Positions 9,247 to 20,889 of a stretch of DNA of 64,000 nucleotides are shown in pieces. Position numbers and translations under genes: made by a program. The DNA is from Candidatus Spongiisociaceae bacterium (GTDB lineage Bacteria > Actinomycetota > Acidimicrobiia > Spongiisociales > Spongiisociaceae): NCBI GenBank assembly GCA_965219685.1, contig CBDCOH010000002.1:1536001-1600000 (forward strand), in the 5' to 3' direction. Within the stretch, counting starts at the first letter, position 1; each line of letters opens with the position of its first letter. Under the pieces are notes generated by a model, which worked only from the letters and a program-made list of their open reading frames with translations, ran no database searches and was not told the origin of the DNA.

Positions 9247-10335
9247 GCCGATCCGCAGTTCCGGATGGGTCCTGATCCGGGGTCGGGTCGCCACGATCCT
9301 GGCAGCCAGGCGGTCGAACGCCTTCGCCGCCTCGCTTCCAGGAGCCGAGATGGAAACCGGCTCACCCCGGTCCGCCCCGGCCCTCATCTCGGGAAGGATC
9401 GGAACCTGGGCCAGCAACTCCACCTCGTGCTGCTCGGCAAGGGCCGCGCCACCCCCCTCCCCGAAGATGTGGTACCGCTTACCGTCGTCACCGGTGAACC
9501 AGCTCATGTTCTCCACCACGCCGATCAGCTTCTGGTCCACCCGGTCAGCCATCCGGGCCGCCCGGGACGCCACCCTGCGGGCCGTCGGCTGGGGAGTCGT
9601 GACGAGCAGCACCCGCGCCCTCGGCACGAACTGGGAGATCGAGATGGCCACATCGCCGGTTCCCGGCGGCATGTCGATGAGCAGGAAGTCAGGATCGTCC
9701 CAGAAGACATCGGTCAGGAACTGCTCCAGAGCCTTGTGAAGCATCGGCCCCCTCCAGACGACCGCCTGGCCGTCCGGAACGAAGTAGTCGATCGAGATCA
9801 CCGAAACCCCGTAGGCCCGCAGCGGCAGGATGGAGTCGGCGACGACCACGGGGACACCGGCGGCGCCGAGCATCTTCGGAATCGAATAACCCCACACATC
9901 GGCGTCGATCACGCCCACCGATCGGCCCCGCCCTGCCAGGCTGACTGCGAGGTTCGTGGTCACCGAGGACTTGCCCACCCCGCCTTTGCCGGAGGAGACG
10001 GCCACCACGTAGGTCGGCGATCCGGGACCTCCCACCGGACGCTTCTCGCCGCGCACCCCCGCCATCAGCTGCGTACGCTGATCGTCGTTCATCAGTTCGT
10101 GCTCGACCCGAACCGATCGGACACCGTCAACCGAACGCGCCGCCTCCGTCACCGCTTCGATCAACTGATGACCCGGAACCCCGGGGACCGGGATGAGCAG
10201 ACGGACCACCGCGGTGCCCATGCGCTTGATGCGTACCGACTTCAGATAGCCGAGACCACCGAGCGGCCGCTGCAGGATCGGATCCACGGTTCCGGCCAGA
10301 GCGGCTTCCAGCACTTCGTCCCTGGATGGACTCAT
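9244..10335 (-). CDS. apbC: Mrp/NBP35 (ApbC) Fe-S cluster carrier ATPase
   Basis: SSGKGGVGKS, DADVWGYS, WRGPMLHKALEQF, DMPPGTGD, VVENMS; start placed at MSPSRDEV. Confidence 0.92.
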   Translation of the reverse strand: MSPSRDEVLEAALAGTVDPILQRPLGGLGYLKSVRIKRMGTAVVRLLIPVPGVPGHQLIEAVTEAARSVDGVRSVRVEHELMNDDQRTQLMAGVRGEKRPVGGPGSPTYVVAVSSGKGGVGKSSVTTNLAVSLAGRGRSVGVIDADVWGYSIPKMLGAAGVPVVVADSILPLRAYGVSVISIDYFVPDGQAVVWRGPMLHKALEQFLTDVFWDDPDFLLIDMPPGTGDVAISISQFVPRARVLLVTTPQPTARRVASRAARMADRVDQKLIGVVENMSWFTGDDGKRYHIFGEGGGAALAEQHEVELLAQVPILPEMRAGADRGEPVSISAPGSEAAKAFDRLAARIVATRPRIRTHPELRIG

Positions 10336-10729
10336 GATCCGCGGAAGTCGGAGGGTTGGTAGGGAAGCGCCTCGCGCATTTAGCTCCTCAACTGGCCGGC
10401 CGCCGTCCATGATAGGGGTTCTGGAACCCCTGGCTCCCGGCCGCCTCAATCAACCGCGACGCGGCGGATGCACCATCCGCGGCCATCATCGTCCGCCGAC
10501 ATGCGGGAAAGTCCGCACCGACGGGTTAGCTGCTTGGTCGGCCTGTGGACCTGCGGCGTGCCATGGGCCGCCATCGACGCCCTGTCACACCGCCTGCCCG
10601 CAGGCATCCCACGGAGGGTTAGCAGGCGCCGGTAGCGTGAACACACCCTAGAATCGGCCGCGCGATCCGGGGGCACGAGCGGCCACCCGGGACTTTCGCG
10701 ACCAACACCGAGACGCCGGACCGGGAACT

Positions 10730-13417
10730 ATGAGCACCAACGCAGACAGCAATCCTTTCGAATCAGCCGCCACCCTCTCAACCCCCTTAGGGGATCGGAC
10801 TGTCTACCGCCTCGACTCGCTGAGGGACCACGGCGACATAGACTCCCTGCCCTACTCGATCAAGGTGCTGCTGGAAGCGGCCCTCCGCAACTGTGACGGC
10901 CACACCGTCACCGAGCAGGATGTCATCTCGCTGGCCTCGTACGACGGGGCCAAGGTAGCCGAGACCGAGATACCCTTCTCGCCCGGTCGGGTGGTCCTGC
11001 AGGACTTCACGGGGGTTCCGGCCATCGTCGACCTTGCCGCGATGCGGGACGCCATAGTGAGAATGACCGGCGTGGTCGGCGACGCGCAGAAGGTGAACCC
11101 ACTGGTGCCCTGCGACCTGGTGATCGACCACTCCGTGCAGGTGGACGCCTTCAACTCGAGCCTCGCGCTGCGCATCAACTCCCGGCGGGAGTTCGAGCGC
11201 AACCAGGAGCGCTACGCCTTCCTCAAGTGGGGCCAGTCGGCGTTCGACAACTTCCGGGTGGTCCCGCCGGCCACCGGGATAGTCCACCAGGTCAACCTGG
11301 AGTACCTGGCCAGGGTGGTCTGGGACAACGGATCGCAGCTGTACCCCGACTCCGTAGTCGGAACCGACTCTCACACCACGATGATCAACGGCCTAGGTGT
11401 CCTCGGATGGGGTGTGGGCGGCATCGAGGCCGAGGCCGCGATGGTGGGTCGCCCGATCTTCATGCTGGTTCCCGAGGTGGTGGGAGTCCGCCTCACCGGC
11501 CGGCTTCCGGAGGGGGCGACCGCAACCGACCTGGTGCTACGCGTGACGGAGATGCTGCGCGAGCATGGTGTGGTGGGCCGCTTCGTCGAGTTCCACGGAC
11601 CGGGTCTCGATGCCATGCCGTTGGCCAATCGCGCCACTATCGCCAACATGGCGCCCGAATACGGCGCCACCTGCGGCTTCTTCCCGGTCGACGCACAGAC
11701 CATCGCCTATCTGGAGTTGACCGGACGCCCGGCGGAGCTCATCGAGACGGTTGAGCGATACGCGAGGCTCCAGGGCTTGTGGCGGGACGACAGCCATCCG
11801 GTGGTGTACTCGTCGCTACTCGAACTCGACATGGGCAGCATCGAGCCCGCGCTGGCCGGACCCCGGCGCCCACAGGACCGGATCGCCCTGTCCGGAATGA
11901 AGGCGCAGTGGCACCGGGACATGCACTCGACCTTCTCCGGACATGGGAGTCCCGGTGGCGCGCCCGGGGTCGAGTCGGATGGCGAGAACTTCGACCTGGT
12001 CGACGGATCCATCGTGATAGCCGCCATCACCAGCTGCACCAACACCTCCAACCCCGAGGTCATGGTGGGGGCCGGGTTGCTGGCCCGCCGGGCGCGGGAG
12101 TTGGGCCTGACCCGCAAGCCATGGGTCAAGACATCGCTGGCCCCCGGTTCGCGAGTGGTCACCGAGTACCTGGACCGGGCCGGCCTGACCGCAGACCTCG
12201 AGGCTCTGGGGTTCTTCAATGTGGGATACGGATGCACCACCTGCATCGGTAACTCGGGTCCGCTCCCCGGGCCGATCGCCCGCGCCATCGAGGACAAGGA
12301 CCTCGTAGTGGCGTCCGTACTGTCGGGAAACCGCAACTTCGAGGGCCGTATTAGCCCGCACATCCGGGCCAACTATCTCGCCTCCCCGCCGCTCGTGGTG
12401 GCCTACGCCCTGGCCGGGACTATCGACATCGACCTAAGTACCGAGCCGCTCGGCCAAGACCAGGAAGGGCGTGACGTCCACCTGCGGGATGTCTGGCCCG
12501 ACCCGTCCGAAGTCGCCGCCATAGTGTCGAGCTCGATCTCTCCCGAACAGTTCACCGAGCAGTACTCGACCGTGTTCGAAGGACCACCCGAGTGGCGCGA
12601 GATCAGCACCGACGCTTCGAGCCTCTACCGATGGGATTCCGAGAGTACGTACATCCAGGAGCCGCCTTTCTTCGACGGGCTGACCACCGATCCGGGAACC
12701 ATCGAGCCCATCGCCAGCGCGCGCGTCCTGGTCAAGGTGGGAGATTCGGTCACCACCGACCACATCTCGCCGGCCGGGGCCATCTCAGCCGACACACCAG
12801 CCGGACGCTATCTGGAGTCGGCGGGGGTCTCACCCCTGATGTTCAACAGCTACGGGTCGCGGCGCGGGAACGACCGGGTCATGGCCCGTGGCACGTTTGC
12901 CAACATCCGCGTGATGAACCACCTGGCGCCGGGTACCGAGGGCGGCTGGACGACCGACTTCACCGACGGGGCGGTCAAGACCATCTATGCCGCGGCGATG
13001 CGCTACCGGGCGGCCGGAGTCCCCACCATCGTGCTGGCGGGCGTCGACTACGGGATGGGATCCAGCCGGGACTGGGCCGCCAAGGGCCCGTTCCTGCTCG
13101 GGGTGAGAGCGGTCATCGCCGAGACCTACGAACGCATCCATCGATCCAACCTCATCGGTATGGGAATCCTCCCCCTGCAGTTCATGCCCGGGGAGGGGGC
13201 CGCGCCGCTCGGTCTCGACGGATCCGAGACCTTCTCGATCGACATCGACGACGGACTACGGCCCCGCCAGGAGGTAGGGGTCGTCGCCTCCCACCCCGGC
13301 GGAACACAAACCTCCTTCACCACGGTGGTACGCATCGATACACCCGTCGAGGTGGACTACTACCGCAACGGCGGGATCCTCCATACCGTGCTCAAGGAAA
13401 TGGCAACCGCGCCGTAG
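10730..13417 (+). CDS. acnA: Aconitate hydratase A
   Basis: [57 protein letters not shown]. Confidence 0.98.
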   Translation: MSTNADSNPFESAATLSTPLGDRTVYRLDSLRDHGDIDSLPYSIKVLLEAALRNCDGHTVTEQDVISLASYDGAKVAETEIPFSPGRVVLQDFTGVPAIVDLAAMRDAIVRMTGVVGDAQKVNPLVPCDLVIDHSVQVDAFNSSLALRINSRREFERNQERYAFLKWGQSAFDNFRVVPPATGIVHQVNLEYLARVVWDNGSQLYPDSVVGTDSHTTMINGLGVLGWGVGGIEAEAAMVGRPIFMLVPEVVGVRLTGRLPEGATATDLVLRVTEMLREHGVVGRFVEFHGPGLDAMPLANRATIANMAPEYGATCGFFPVDAQTIAYLELTGRPAELIETVERYARLQGLWRDDSHPVVYSSLLELDMGSIEPALAGPRRPQDRIALSGMKAQWHRDMHSTFSGHGSPGGAPGVESDGENFDLVDGSIVIAAITSCTNTSNPEVMVGAGLLARRARELGLTRKPWVKTSLAPGSRVVTEYLDRAGLTADLEALGFFNVGYGCTTCIGNSGPLPGPIARAIEDKDLVVASVLSGNRNFEGRISPHIRANYLASPPLVVAYALAGTIDIDLSTEPLGQDQEGRDVHLRDVWPDPSEVAAIVSSSISPEQFTEQYSTVFEGPPEWREISTDASSLYRWDSESTYIQEPPFFDGLTTDPGTIEPIASARVLVKVGDSVTTDHISPAGAISADTPAGRYLESAGVSPLMFNSYGSRRGNDRVMARGTFANIRVMNHLAPGTEGGWTTDFTDGAVKTIYAAAMRYRAAGVPTIVLAGVDYGMGSSRDWAAKGPFLLGVRAVIAETYERIHRSNLIGMGILPLQFMPGEGAAPLGLDGSETFSIDIDDGLRPRQEVGVVASHPGGTQTSFTTVVRIDTPVEVDYYRNGGILHTVLKEMATAP

Positions 13418-13481
13418 GTCGGCCGGCCTGGCGGATCCGACCGTTTAAAGCGTTACGGTAGATGAGCCAATGTAATGTTAC

Positions 13482-13534
13482 CCACCGATCATTAACTAGA
13501 AACAATAGGCTACTGACTAAGAACTAGTTATCTA
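13482..13534. repeat. Highly degenerate 7-bp-periodic array (TAG-N4 on minus strand)
   Basis: Minus strand from the stop codon: TAG ATAAC TAG TTCT TAG TCAG TAG CCTA TTG TTTC TAG TTAA TGA TCGG TGG; AT-rich versus flanks. Confidence 0.65.
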
Positions 13535-14350
13535 CTGCGCCGGCCACTCGTTCAGTTCAAGAGCCGAGATCATCACCCCGCCGGGATCGTGCATGATGAC
13601 GATCCGCCCGTCCGGTACCTCGTCTTCTGCCGGAAGGTCGAACGGTCCTGACATGACGGTTCCTCCAAGCTCGACTGCCTTGGCCGCGGTCTCGGCCACG
13701 TCGGCGGACCCGATGTAGGCATGCCACTGAGGCGCCATACCTTCCATGGGCAGGCCCATCAATCCACCCACCACCCACTCACCGACCTTCAAACCGGAGT
13801 AGGACATGGATCCCATCCCGGGGCCGAAGTCCACCGGTTGCGCGACGAGGCCGAGCGCAGCCCGGTAGAACACCGCCGCCCTATCCGTGTCGGGGACGTA
13901 GAGTTCGACCCACGCGAACGCGCCCGGCTCGTTGACGACCTGCGCGCCCTTGTGGCGCCTGGCCTCCCACAGGCCGCAGGAGGCCCCCTGGTCGTCCATG
14001 ACGAAGGCCATGCGCCCCTCCTCCCTTACGTCGATCGGGCCGACCAGGCCCTTGCCGCCGGCGTCCAGCACCGACCGGTAGGCGGCATCGACCGAGTCCA
14101 CCATGAGGTAGGTATTCCAAGCGCCTCTGAAACCCGCCCCGACCAGCTCTGGGGGTGCCGGCCCGAGACCCGCCACGGCCCGGCCCTCCAGGTGGGCGAT
14201 CGAGTAGGTGAATGCTCCTCCTGGACCTTCCTGGTCTTCCCACGCCCACCCGAACAGGCCGCCGTAGAAAGCCTTGGCGACCTCCGGCTCGGCACAGCTC
14301 AGATCGATCCAGCCCGGCGTTCCGTGCGCGTAGCCATCCCGGAGCGGCAT
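13532..14350 (-). CDS. VOC/glyoxalase family protein (CFP32-like, two domains)
   Basis: MPLRDGYAHGTPGWIDL, AFYGGLFGW, GRMAF..DDQGA, NEPGAFAWVEL, QWHAY; start reassigned to 14350. Confidence 0.9.
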   Translation of the reverse strand: MPLRDGYAHGTPGWIDLSCAEPEVAKAFYGGLFGWAWEDQEGPGGAFTYSIAHLEGRAVAGLGPAPPELVGAGFRGAWNTYLMVDSVDAAYRSVLDAGGKGLVGPIDVREEGRMAFVMDDQGASCGLWEARRHKGAQVVNEPGAFAWVELYVPDTDRAAVFYRAALGLVAQPVDFGPGMGSMSYSGLKVGEWVVGGLMGLPMEGMAPQWHAYIGSADVAETAAKAVELGGTVMSGPFDLPAEDEVPDGRIVIMHDPGGVMISALELNEWPAQ

Positions 14351-14599
14351 TCCCGGTCCTTTCCTTCGCGATCTCGGCGTCTGGGAGTGTATGGCACCCG
14401 GGATGCAATGCCCAAGACAGGTCTGCCTGGAAGGTGGGTGGCCGCAGTGGCGGTGTTCCTCGTAGGGCCCGTCTCGAAGGCTTCGCCCTACGGACACTCG
14501 GGGAGCCGGAACACAGGGACACACAAACCCGGCAGGCGGATCCGGCAGGCCGACCTCCAAGGTGTACCAGTCGATTGCGGGTCTCACTAACCTCCGAAC

Positions 14600-15241
14600 G
14601 TGGAGCGGACACCGGAAGGCTTGAATCCTGGCGACAGCGAGGCATCTTCTCGCACCCGGACTGTGACCGTCACCCTCACGGCCGTCGCCACCCTTGCAGC
14701 CGTGATCGTCGCCGGCCTGCTCGTGCTCTTCCTGGTCGACGGGGAGAGCCCACCGGCGGAGCCACCCCCTGAGGCTGCGGAGCCCGCGATCGATGTGGCG
14801 GGCTTCCCGAGGGGAGCTCTGGCGGGTCAACCCGCTCCCGAGTTCAGTCTCTCGCTCTTCGACGGCTCCGAGTTCGTCCTGTCGGCACACCTCTCGGGGG
14901 ACGGCCGGCCGGTGGTCCTGAACCTGTGGGCAAGCTGGTGTACACCGTGCCGGCGCGAGATCCCCGAGTTCTCAGAGGTTGCGGTTGCCAATCCCGAGGT
15001 CGCCTTCGTGGGTGCGGCGGTCGAGGACGCGCGCGGTCCGGCCGAGGCGTTCGCCGCCCAGGTGGAGGCCGCCTACCCGCTGGGAATCGACGACGTGCTG
15101 ACCGTCAAGAACGGATACCCGTTCGTCGGGCTTCCCGTCACCTACCTGATCGACGCCGACGGCACCGTCTCCCGCCAGATACAGGGCCAGCTGAGCGGCG
15201 CCGCCCTGCAGGCCTTCATCGACCACGACTTCGGTGGTTAG
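14600..15241 (+). CDS. TlpA/ResA-family membrane-anchored thiol-disulfide oxidoreductase
   Basis: TM anchor, APEFSL, VVLNLWASWCTPCRREIP, GLPVTYLIDADG. Confidence 0.92.
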   Translation: MERTPEGLNPGDSEASSRTRTVTVTLTAVATLAAVIVAGLLVLFLVDGESPPAEPPPEAAEPAIDVAGFPRGALAGQPAPEFSLSLFDGSEFVLSAHLSGDGRPVVLNLWASWCTPCRREIPEFSEVAVANPEVAFVGAAVEDARGPAEAFAAQVEAAYPLGIDDVLTVKNGYPFVGLPVTYLIDADGTVSRQIQGQLSGAALQAFIDHDFGG

Positions 15242-15321
15242 CCGGCAGGGCAGTGGCGAGTGAACCTGGAAGCTGACCCCCACCCCTCTCGCACCCAGCA
15301 CCCGACACCTAACCGCCAGCG
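15239..15321. repeat. Degenerate head-to-head heptamer arrays between convergent genes
   Basis: G-rich TAGCCGG CAGGGCAG TGGCGAG after the tlpA-like stop; C-rich CTCGCAC CCAGCAC CCGACAC CTAACCG CCA (15288-15318) before the flavin reductase stop. Confidence 0.55.
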
Positions 15322-15822
15322 TCACGCGGGGTTCAGGCGGCGGAAGTCCCGCTGCCAGTACAGGAGGGGTCTGGCCGGGTCGTAGCGGACGGCGGTCTCG
15401 ACGTGCCCGATGAAAATCGTGTGGTCCCCCGCCTCCAGCGACTTGACCGTGCTGCACTCGAGACAGGCGTACGAGTGCTCCGGGAGTCGCAGGCCGGCAC
15501 CCTCGTAAGAGGGCGAGACCACCGCCAAACCCGCGAACTTGTCCGGATCCTTCGAGGCGAACCTGGTAGCCACGTCCGCGGTCCCCTCCCGCAGCATATT
15601 GACGGTGAACCCCCCGGCGACGCGCAGGGCGGCGATGCTATGGGACGAGTGGTCGATGCAGATCAGCACCAGCGGGGGGTCGAGCGACACCGACGTGAAG
15701 GCCGAGACGGTGAGCCCGTGGTGGCGCTCGTCCGAGAAACTCGTCACGACGGTGACGCTGGCTGCGAAGTTCGACATGACTTCGCGGAACAGGTCTTGGA
15801 ACCCGCCACGTCTTGTCTGCAC
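15322..15822 (-). CDS. Flavin reductase family protein
   Basis: FREVMSNFAASVTVVT, GLTVSAFTSVSLDPPLVLICI, AGDHTIFIG, PLLY. Confidence 0.93.
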   Translation of the reverse strand: MQTRRGGFQDLFREVMSNFAASVTVVTSFSDERHHGLTVSAFTSVSLDPPLVLICIDHSSHSIAALRVAGGFTVNMLREGTADVATRFASKDPDKFAGLAVVSPSYEGAGLRLPEHSYACLECSTVKSLEAGDHTIFIGHVETAVRYDPARPLLYWQRDFRRLNPA

Positions 15823-15939
15823 ACCGACTCCCTTCCGGTCCGGCAGGCTAGCCCTGATCCTTCATAAATCGCGGGTTTGGAGAGTGACCGGGTGAGAATG
15901 CCGGTCCCCGGCACCGTCCCGTGATACCGAAGGGCCGGC

Positions 15940-16959
15940 TCAGCCCCGGATGGCAGAAACCACCTGCGCCCAGGCGTCGTCGCCCACCGCGGGCATCGCG
16001 CCCTCCAGCGCGTAGAAGCCGACCCTGTCGAGGAGCCCCTGGTACCGGTGGCGAACCGCTTCGCCGAGGCGGTCGATCGGCGCCTCCACCGCCACCTCGG
16101 CGACCACCTCGTCGGAGACCACATCCGCCATCCGGCCCCACTGACCTCGCTTCGACATCGCGGTCAGCCTCGGACCGAAGTCCCAGCCGTGCACCTCCAG
16201 GACCCGCCGGTAGGCCGGGGTGGAGGCGTAGAAGGCTATCTGCTGCCGCACCTGCGCCCTCATGGTCGCCATCTCGGTCTCATCCCGTCCGGTGATCACG
16301 AAGACCATCGACGCGAGAGTGATACCGGCCGGCGACCTGCCCGCCGCCCGCGCACCCTCGTCCATGGCAGGGAGGGTCACCTGCCGCAGATACCTGACCG
16401 TGTGGAAGGGGTGCACGTGGTAGCCGTCGCACATCTCTCCTGCCAGGTGGGACATGCGGGGGCCCACCCCGGCGACGTACACCGGTATCTCGGGATAATC
16501 GATCGGTCCAGGATCGAAGAACGGTGTCATCAGCGAGAGCGAGTAGAAATCCCCCCGAAAGCGCAACCGGGCACCGTTCTGCCAGGTGTCCCAGATCGCC
16601 TTCAGAGCCCCGATGAACTCCGCGAGGCGCCGGGCGGGCGCGCCCCATGGCATCGAGAACCTCCTCTCCACGTGGGGCTTGATCTGGGTTCCCAGCCCCA
16701 GGAGGAAACGACCCCGGGAGAGGGAGGCCAGATCCCAGGCCGTCTGCGCCACCACCATCGGCGAGCGAGCGAACGCCACCGCTATGGCAGTCCCGAAGTC
16801 CATGCCGCGCCCCGACGGCACAGCCGCCACGATGGGTAGAAACGGTTCGTGCGCGGTATCGGCGGTGAAGACCCCGTCGTAGCCGATCTCCTTGGCCCGG
16901 GCCACTTGACGGGCCACCGCATCGAGCGGCCCGTCGGGAAGGTAGTAGTCGATCTTCAT
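15940..16959 (-). CDS. LLM-class, probably F420-dependent, oxidoreductase (TIGR03617-like)
   Basis: AHEPFLP, TAIAVAFARSPM, LGLGTQIKPHVERRFSMPW, LMTPFF, QIAFYASTPAY; start at MKIDYY. Confidence 0.9.
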   Translation of the reverse strand: MKIDYYLPDGPLDAVARQVARAKEIGYDGVFTADTAHEPFLPIVAAVPSGRGMDFGTAIAVAFARSPMVVAQTAWDLASLSRGRFLLGLGTQIKPHVERRFSMPWGAPARRLAEFIGALKAIWDTWQNGARLRFRGDFYSLSLMTPFFDPGPIDYPEIPVYVAGVGPRMSHLAGEMCDGYHVHPFHTVRYLRQVTLPAMDEGARAAGRSPAGITLASMVFVITGRDETEMATMRAQVRQQIAFYASTPAYRRVLEVHGWDFGPRLTAMSKRGQWGRMADVVSDEVVAEVAVEAPIDRLGEAVRHRYQGLLDRVGFYALEGAMPAVGDDAWAQVVSAIRG

Positions 16960-17121
16960 GGCCGTCCCTTTTCCCTTGGTCGTCTCGGTGATGACTCGTT
17001 GCCGTCGGGACCGCCTCTTAATTCGTGAAACAGGTAGCATCATGTGGCGGTCGGACAGACCGGGTTCGCAGTTCAGCACGGCCTGTCGGCCAGAAAGCCT
17101 AGGAGGTAGAGGACCACTGTC

Positions 17122-17448
17122 ATGAAACGGCTGCTGAAGGTATTTGCTTTTCTGGGGGGTCTGGGGGCGGTCGGGTGGCTCGTCCGCAGCCGGTTCGTGG
17201 GGATGACCCTGAACCGCGAACCCCAGACACCGGAACCGGCCCCCGAACCGGTACCCGGACCGCGACCGGAGTCCGACCTCCTGCAGATCCCCGGGCTTTC
17301 CCCCGCCGCGGCCGAACTCCTGCAGACCGCCGGTGTGGATGGCGTCGCTCAACTCGCCGACGCGAGCGCCGCTGAACTGGCTACGCGGACCGGACTCGAC
17401 GAAGCGCTGCTCACCTCCTGGATAGACCAAGCCGCAGTTCTGGTCTGA
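17122..17448 (+). CDS. Membrane-anchored helix-hairpin-helix (DUF4332-like) protein
   Basis: RBS AGGAGG/AGAGG; N-terminal hydrophobic segment, PEP linker, DLLQIPGLSP..AELL..AG...LA.A...EL...SWI.QA. Confidence 0.7.
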   Translation: MKRLLKVFAFLGGLGAVGWLVRSRFVGMTLNREPQTPEPAPEPVPGPRPESDLLQIPGLSPAAAELLQTAGVDGVAQLADASAAELATRTGLDEALLTSWIDQAAVLV

Positions 17449-17551
17449 CCGCCGGGAAACCGCATGCGGTCTTCCTCCGTGTGAGTGTCGGTACTGCGGG
17501 CTCTTCTGGTACTCGACCCAGGTAAGCCGTTGTCACGAACCCGTAAGTGGA

Positions 17552-18538
17552 TCAGTTGACGGCACCGAAGCCGCCTCCGGTGTGCCAGAAGACGATGTGG
17601 TCGTCGGGATCGAAGCGGCCCTTGCGGATCTCGCTCTTCAACCCGTACATGGCCTTGCCGGTGTAGGTGACGTCGAAGAGCAAACCGGTCAGCCGGGTGG
17701 CTTCCACGATGGTCTCCACCAGCTCGTCGGTCGACTTGCCGTAGCCGCCGCAGAGGTAGTCGTCCACGTACTGGAGATCCGGCTGCGGCATTTCGCCCCC
17801 GAAGGTCTCCACGCCGGCCCTCCAGATCCGATTGACCCGGTCGATCAGGTTCTGGGCCGGCTCCGAGATGCAAAGAGCCACGATCGGATTCGTAAACCCG
17901 GTGCGGTCGGCGCCCCAGCCGAAGCCGGACGTGGTGCCGCCCGAAGATCCCGTATGGCATACGGCCGCCACATCAGCGCCGATCACCTCGGGGATCTGGT
18001 CGACAAACTCCCGGAAGCCCAGTGACATGCCCCACATCCCCAGTTCGTCCGATGCACCCTGAGGGATCACCCACGACTTGTGGCCCCGGGCGCCCAACTC
18101 GGCCGCGTCGGCGGCCATGATCTCGTCCCGGTCGGGCCACTGCGCCTCTGAGATGTAGCTGATCTCGGCGCCGGCGAGCGTATCGATCCTCAAGTTGGCC
18201 ACCGAGGCGTCCGGTTCGTTCCCGTCCGGGGTGCGGAGCACCAGCTTCACATCGAGCCCCAACCGGGCACCGGCAAGAGCGGTGGCCCGGCAATGGTTGG
18301 ACTGGTAGGCGCCGCAGGTGATGACGGTGTCGCAACCGGAGTCGATCGCTGCCGCGAGGTGGAACTCCAGCTTGCGCACCTTGTTGCCGGACAGGCCGAA
18401 GCCGGTCAGGTCGTCACGCTTGACCCAGATATGGGGGCCTCCCCAGCTTTCCCGAAGGCGCGGGAAGTACTGGAGGGGGGTGGGTTTGAAGGCGAGCTCT
18501 ACTTGTGGCAGGGGTTGGGTCATGAGGGTGCTGGTCAT
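17552..18538 (-). CDS. D-cysteine desulfhydrase / ACC deaminase family PLP enzyme
   Basis: PTPL, WVKRDDLTG.GLSGNKVRKLEF, QSNHCRATA, SSGGT, D.TYTGKA, FWHTGG. Confidence 0.9.
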   Translation of the reverse strand: MTSTLMTQPLPQVELAFKPTPLQYFPRLRESWGGPHIWVKRDDLTGFGLSGNKVRKLEFHLAAAIDSGCDTVITCGAYQSNHCRATALAGARLGLDVKLVLRTPDGNEPDASVANLRIDTLAGAEISYISEAQWPDRDEIMAADAAELGARGHKSWVIPQGASDELGMWGMSLGFREFVDQIPEVIGADVAAVCHTGSSGGTTSGFGWGADRTGFTNPIVALCISEPAQNLIDRVNRIWRAGVETFGGEMPQPDLQYVDDYLCGGYGKSTDELVETIVEATRLTGLLFDVTYTGKAMYGLKSEIRKGRFDPDDHIVFWHTGGGFGAVN

Positions 18539-18629
18539 GACCGCGATGATACCTGCCGCGCCTCGCAAGAATCCGCATCTGGCCGGCACGGGAGGAATCG
18601 GGCGTCACTACCGGGGCCCTCCGGACGCG

Positions 18630-18661
18630 GGACGACCCGCCGGGAGGGGGGCGGGTCGTCC
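18630..18661 (-). terminator. GC-rich hairpin downstream of groEL
   Basis: GGACGACCCGCC-N8-GGCGGGTCGTCC, perfect 12-bp stem, 27 bp after the groEL stop. Confidence 0.65.
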
Positions 18662-18688
18662 GTGGTTTCGTCCGGTGGTCGGAGTGGG

Positions 18689-20651
<1,963 letters not shown>

Positions 20652-20744
20652 CCGAAGTCCTCCTTGAACAGGTGACTGTCTGTACGGAGCACCTGCCGCC
20701 CGATCGGACGGCACCGAGGGCCGGCGCTACTGCGGGACCCCCGA

Positions 20745-20771
20745 TTGGCACTCGTACCTTACGAGTGCTAG
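20745..20771. promoter_or_regulatory. CIRCE (HrcA operator) 1
   Basis: TTGGCACTC-N9-GAGTGCTAG versus consensus TTAGCACTC-N9-GAGTGCTAA, upstream of groES. Confidence 0.92.
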
Positions 20772-20774
20772 AAG

Positions 20775-20801
20775 CTAGCAGACCCGGAGAGCGAGTGCCA
20801 A
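20775..20801. promoter_or_regulatory. CIRCE (HrcA operator) 2
   Basis: CTAGCAGAC-N9-GAGTGCCAA; tandem CIRCE pairs are typical of actinobacterial groES. Confidence 0.8.
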
Positions 20802-20886
20802 TTGGTGAATGGTGAGTGGTGAGTGGTGAGTGGTGAGTGCCAATTGGTGAATGGTGAATGGTGAATGGTGAATGGTGAATGGTGGA
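20796..20886. repeat. Heptamer array of 13 in-phase units (TGGTGAR with two TGCCAAT units)
   Basis: TGCCAAT TGGTGAA (TGGTGAG)x4 TGCCAAT (TGGTGAA)x5 TGGTGGA between CIRCE 2 and the tsaD stop. Confidence 0.92.
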
Positions 20887-20889
20887 GAT

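Noticed and set aside
10500-10520. GGAAAGTCC resembling the RNase P RNA conserved motif
   Set aside because: Surrounding rnpB elements, including the 3' consensus, are absent.
13532-17430. Extended N-termini in the ORF track (e.g. 14890, 17430; likewise 25471, 31288, 58648, 61235)
   Set aside because: Family homology and RBS positions begin at downstream starts; the extensions are open-frame run-ons.
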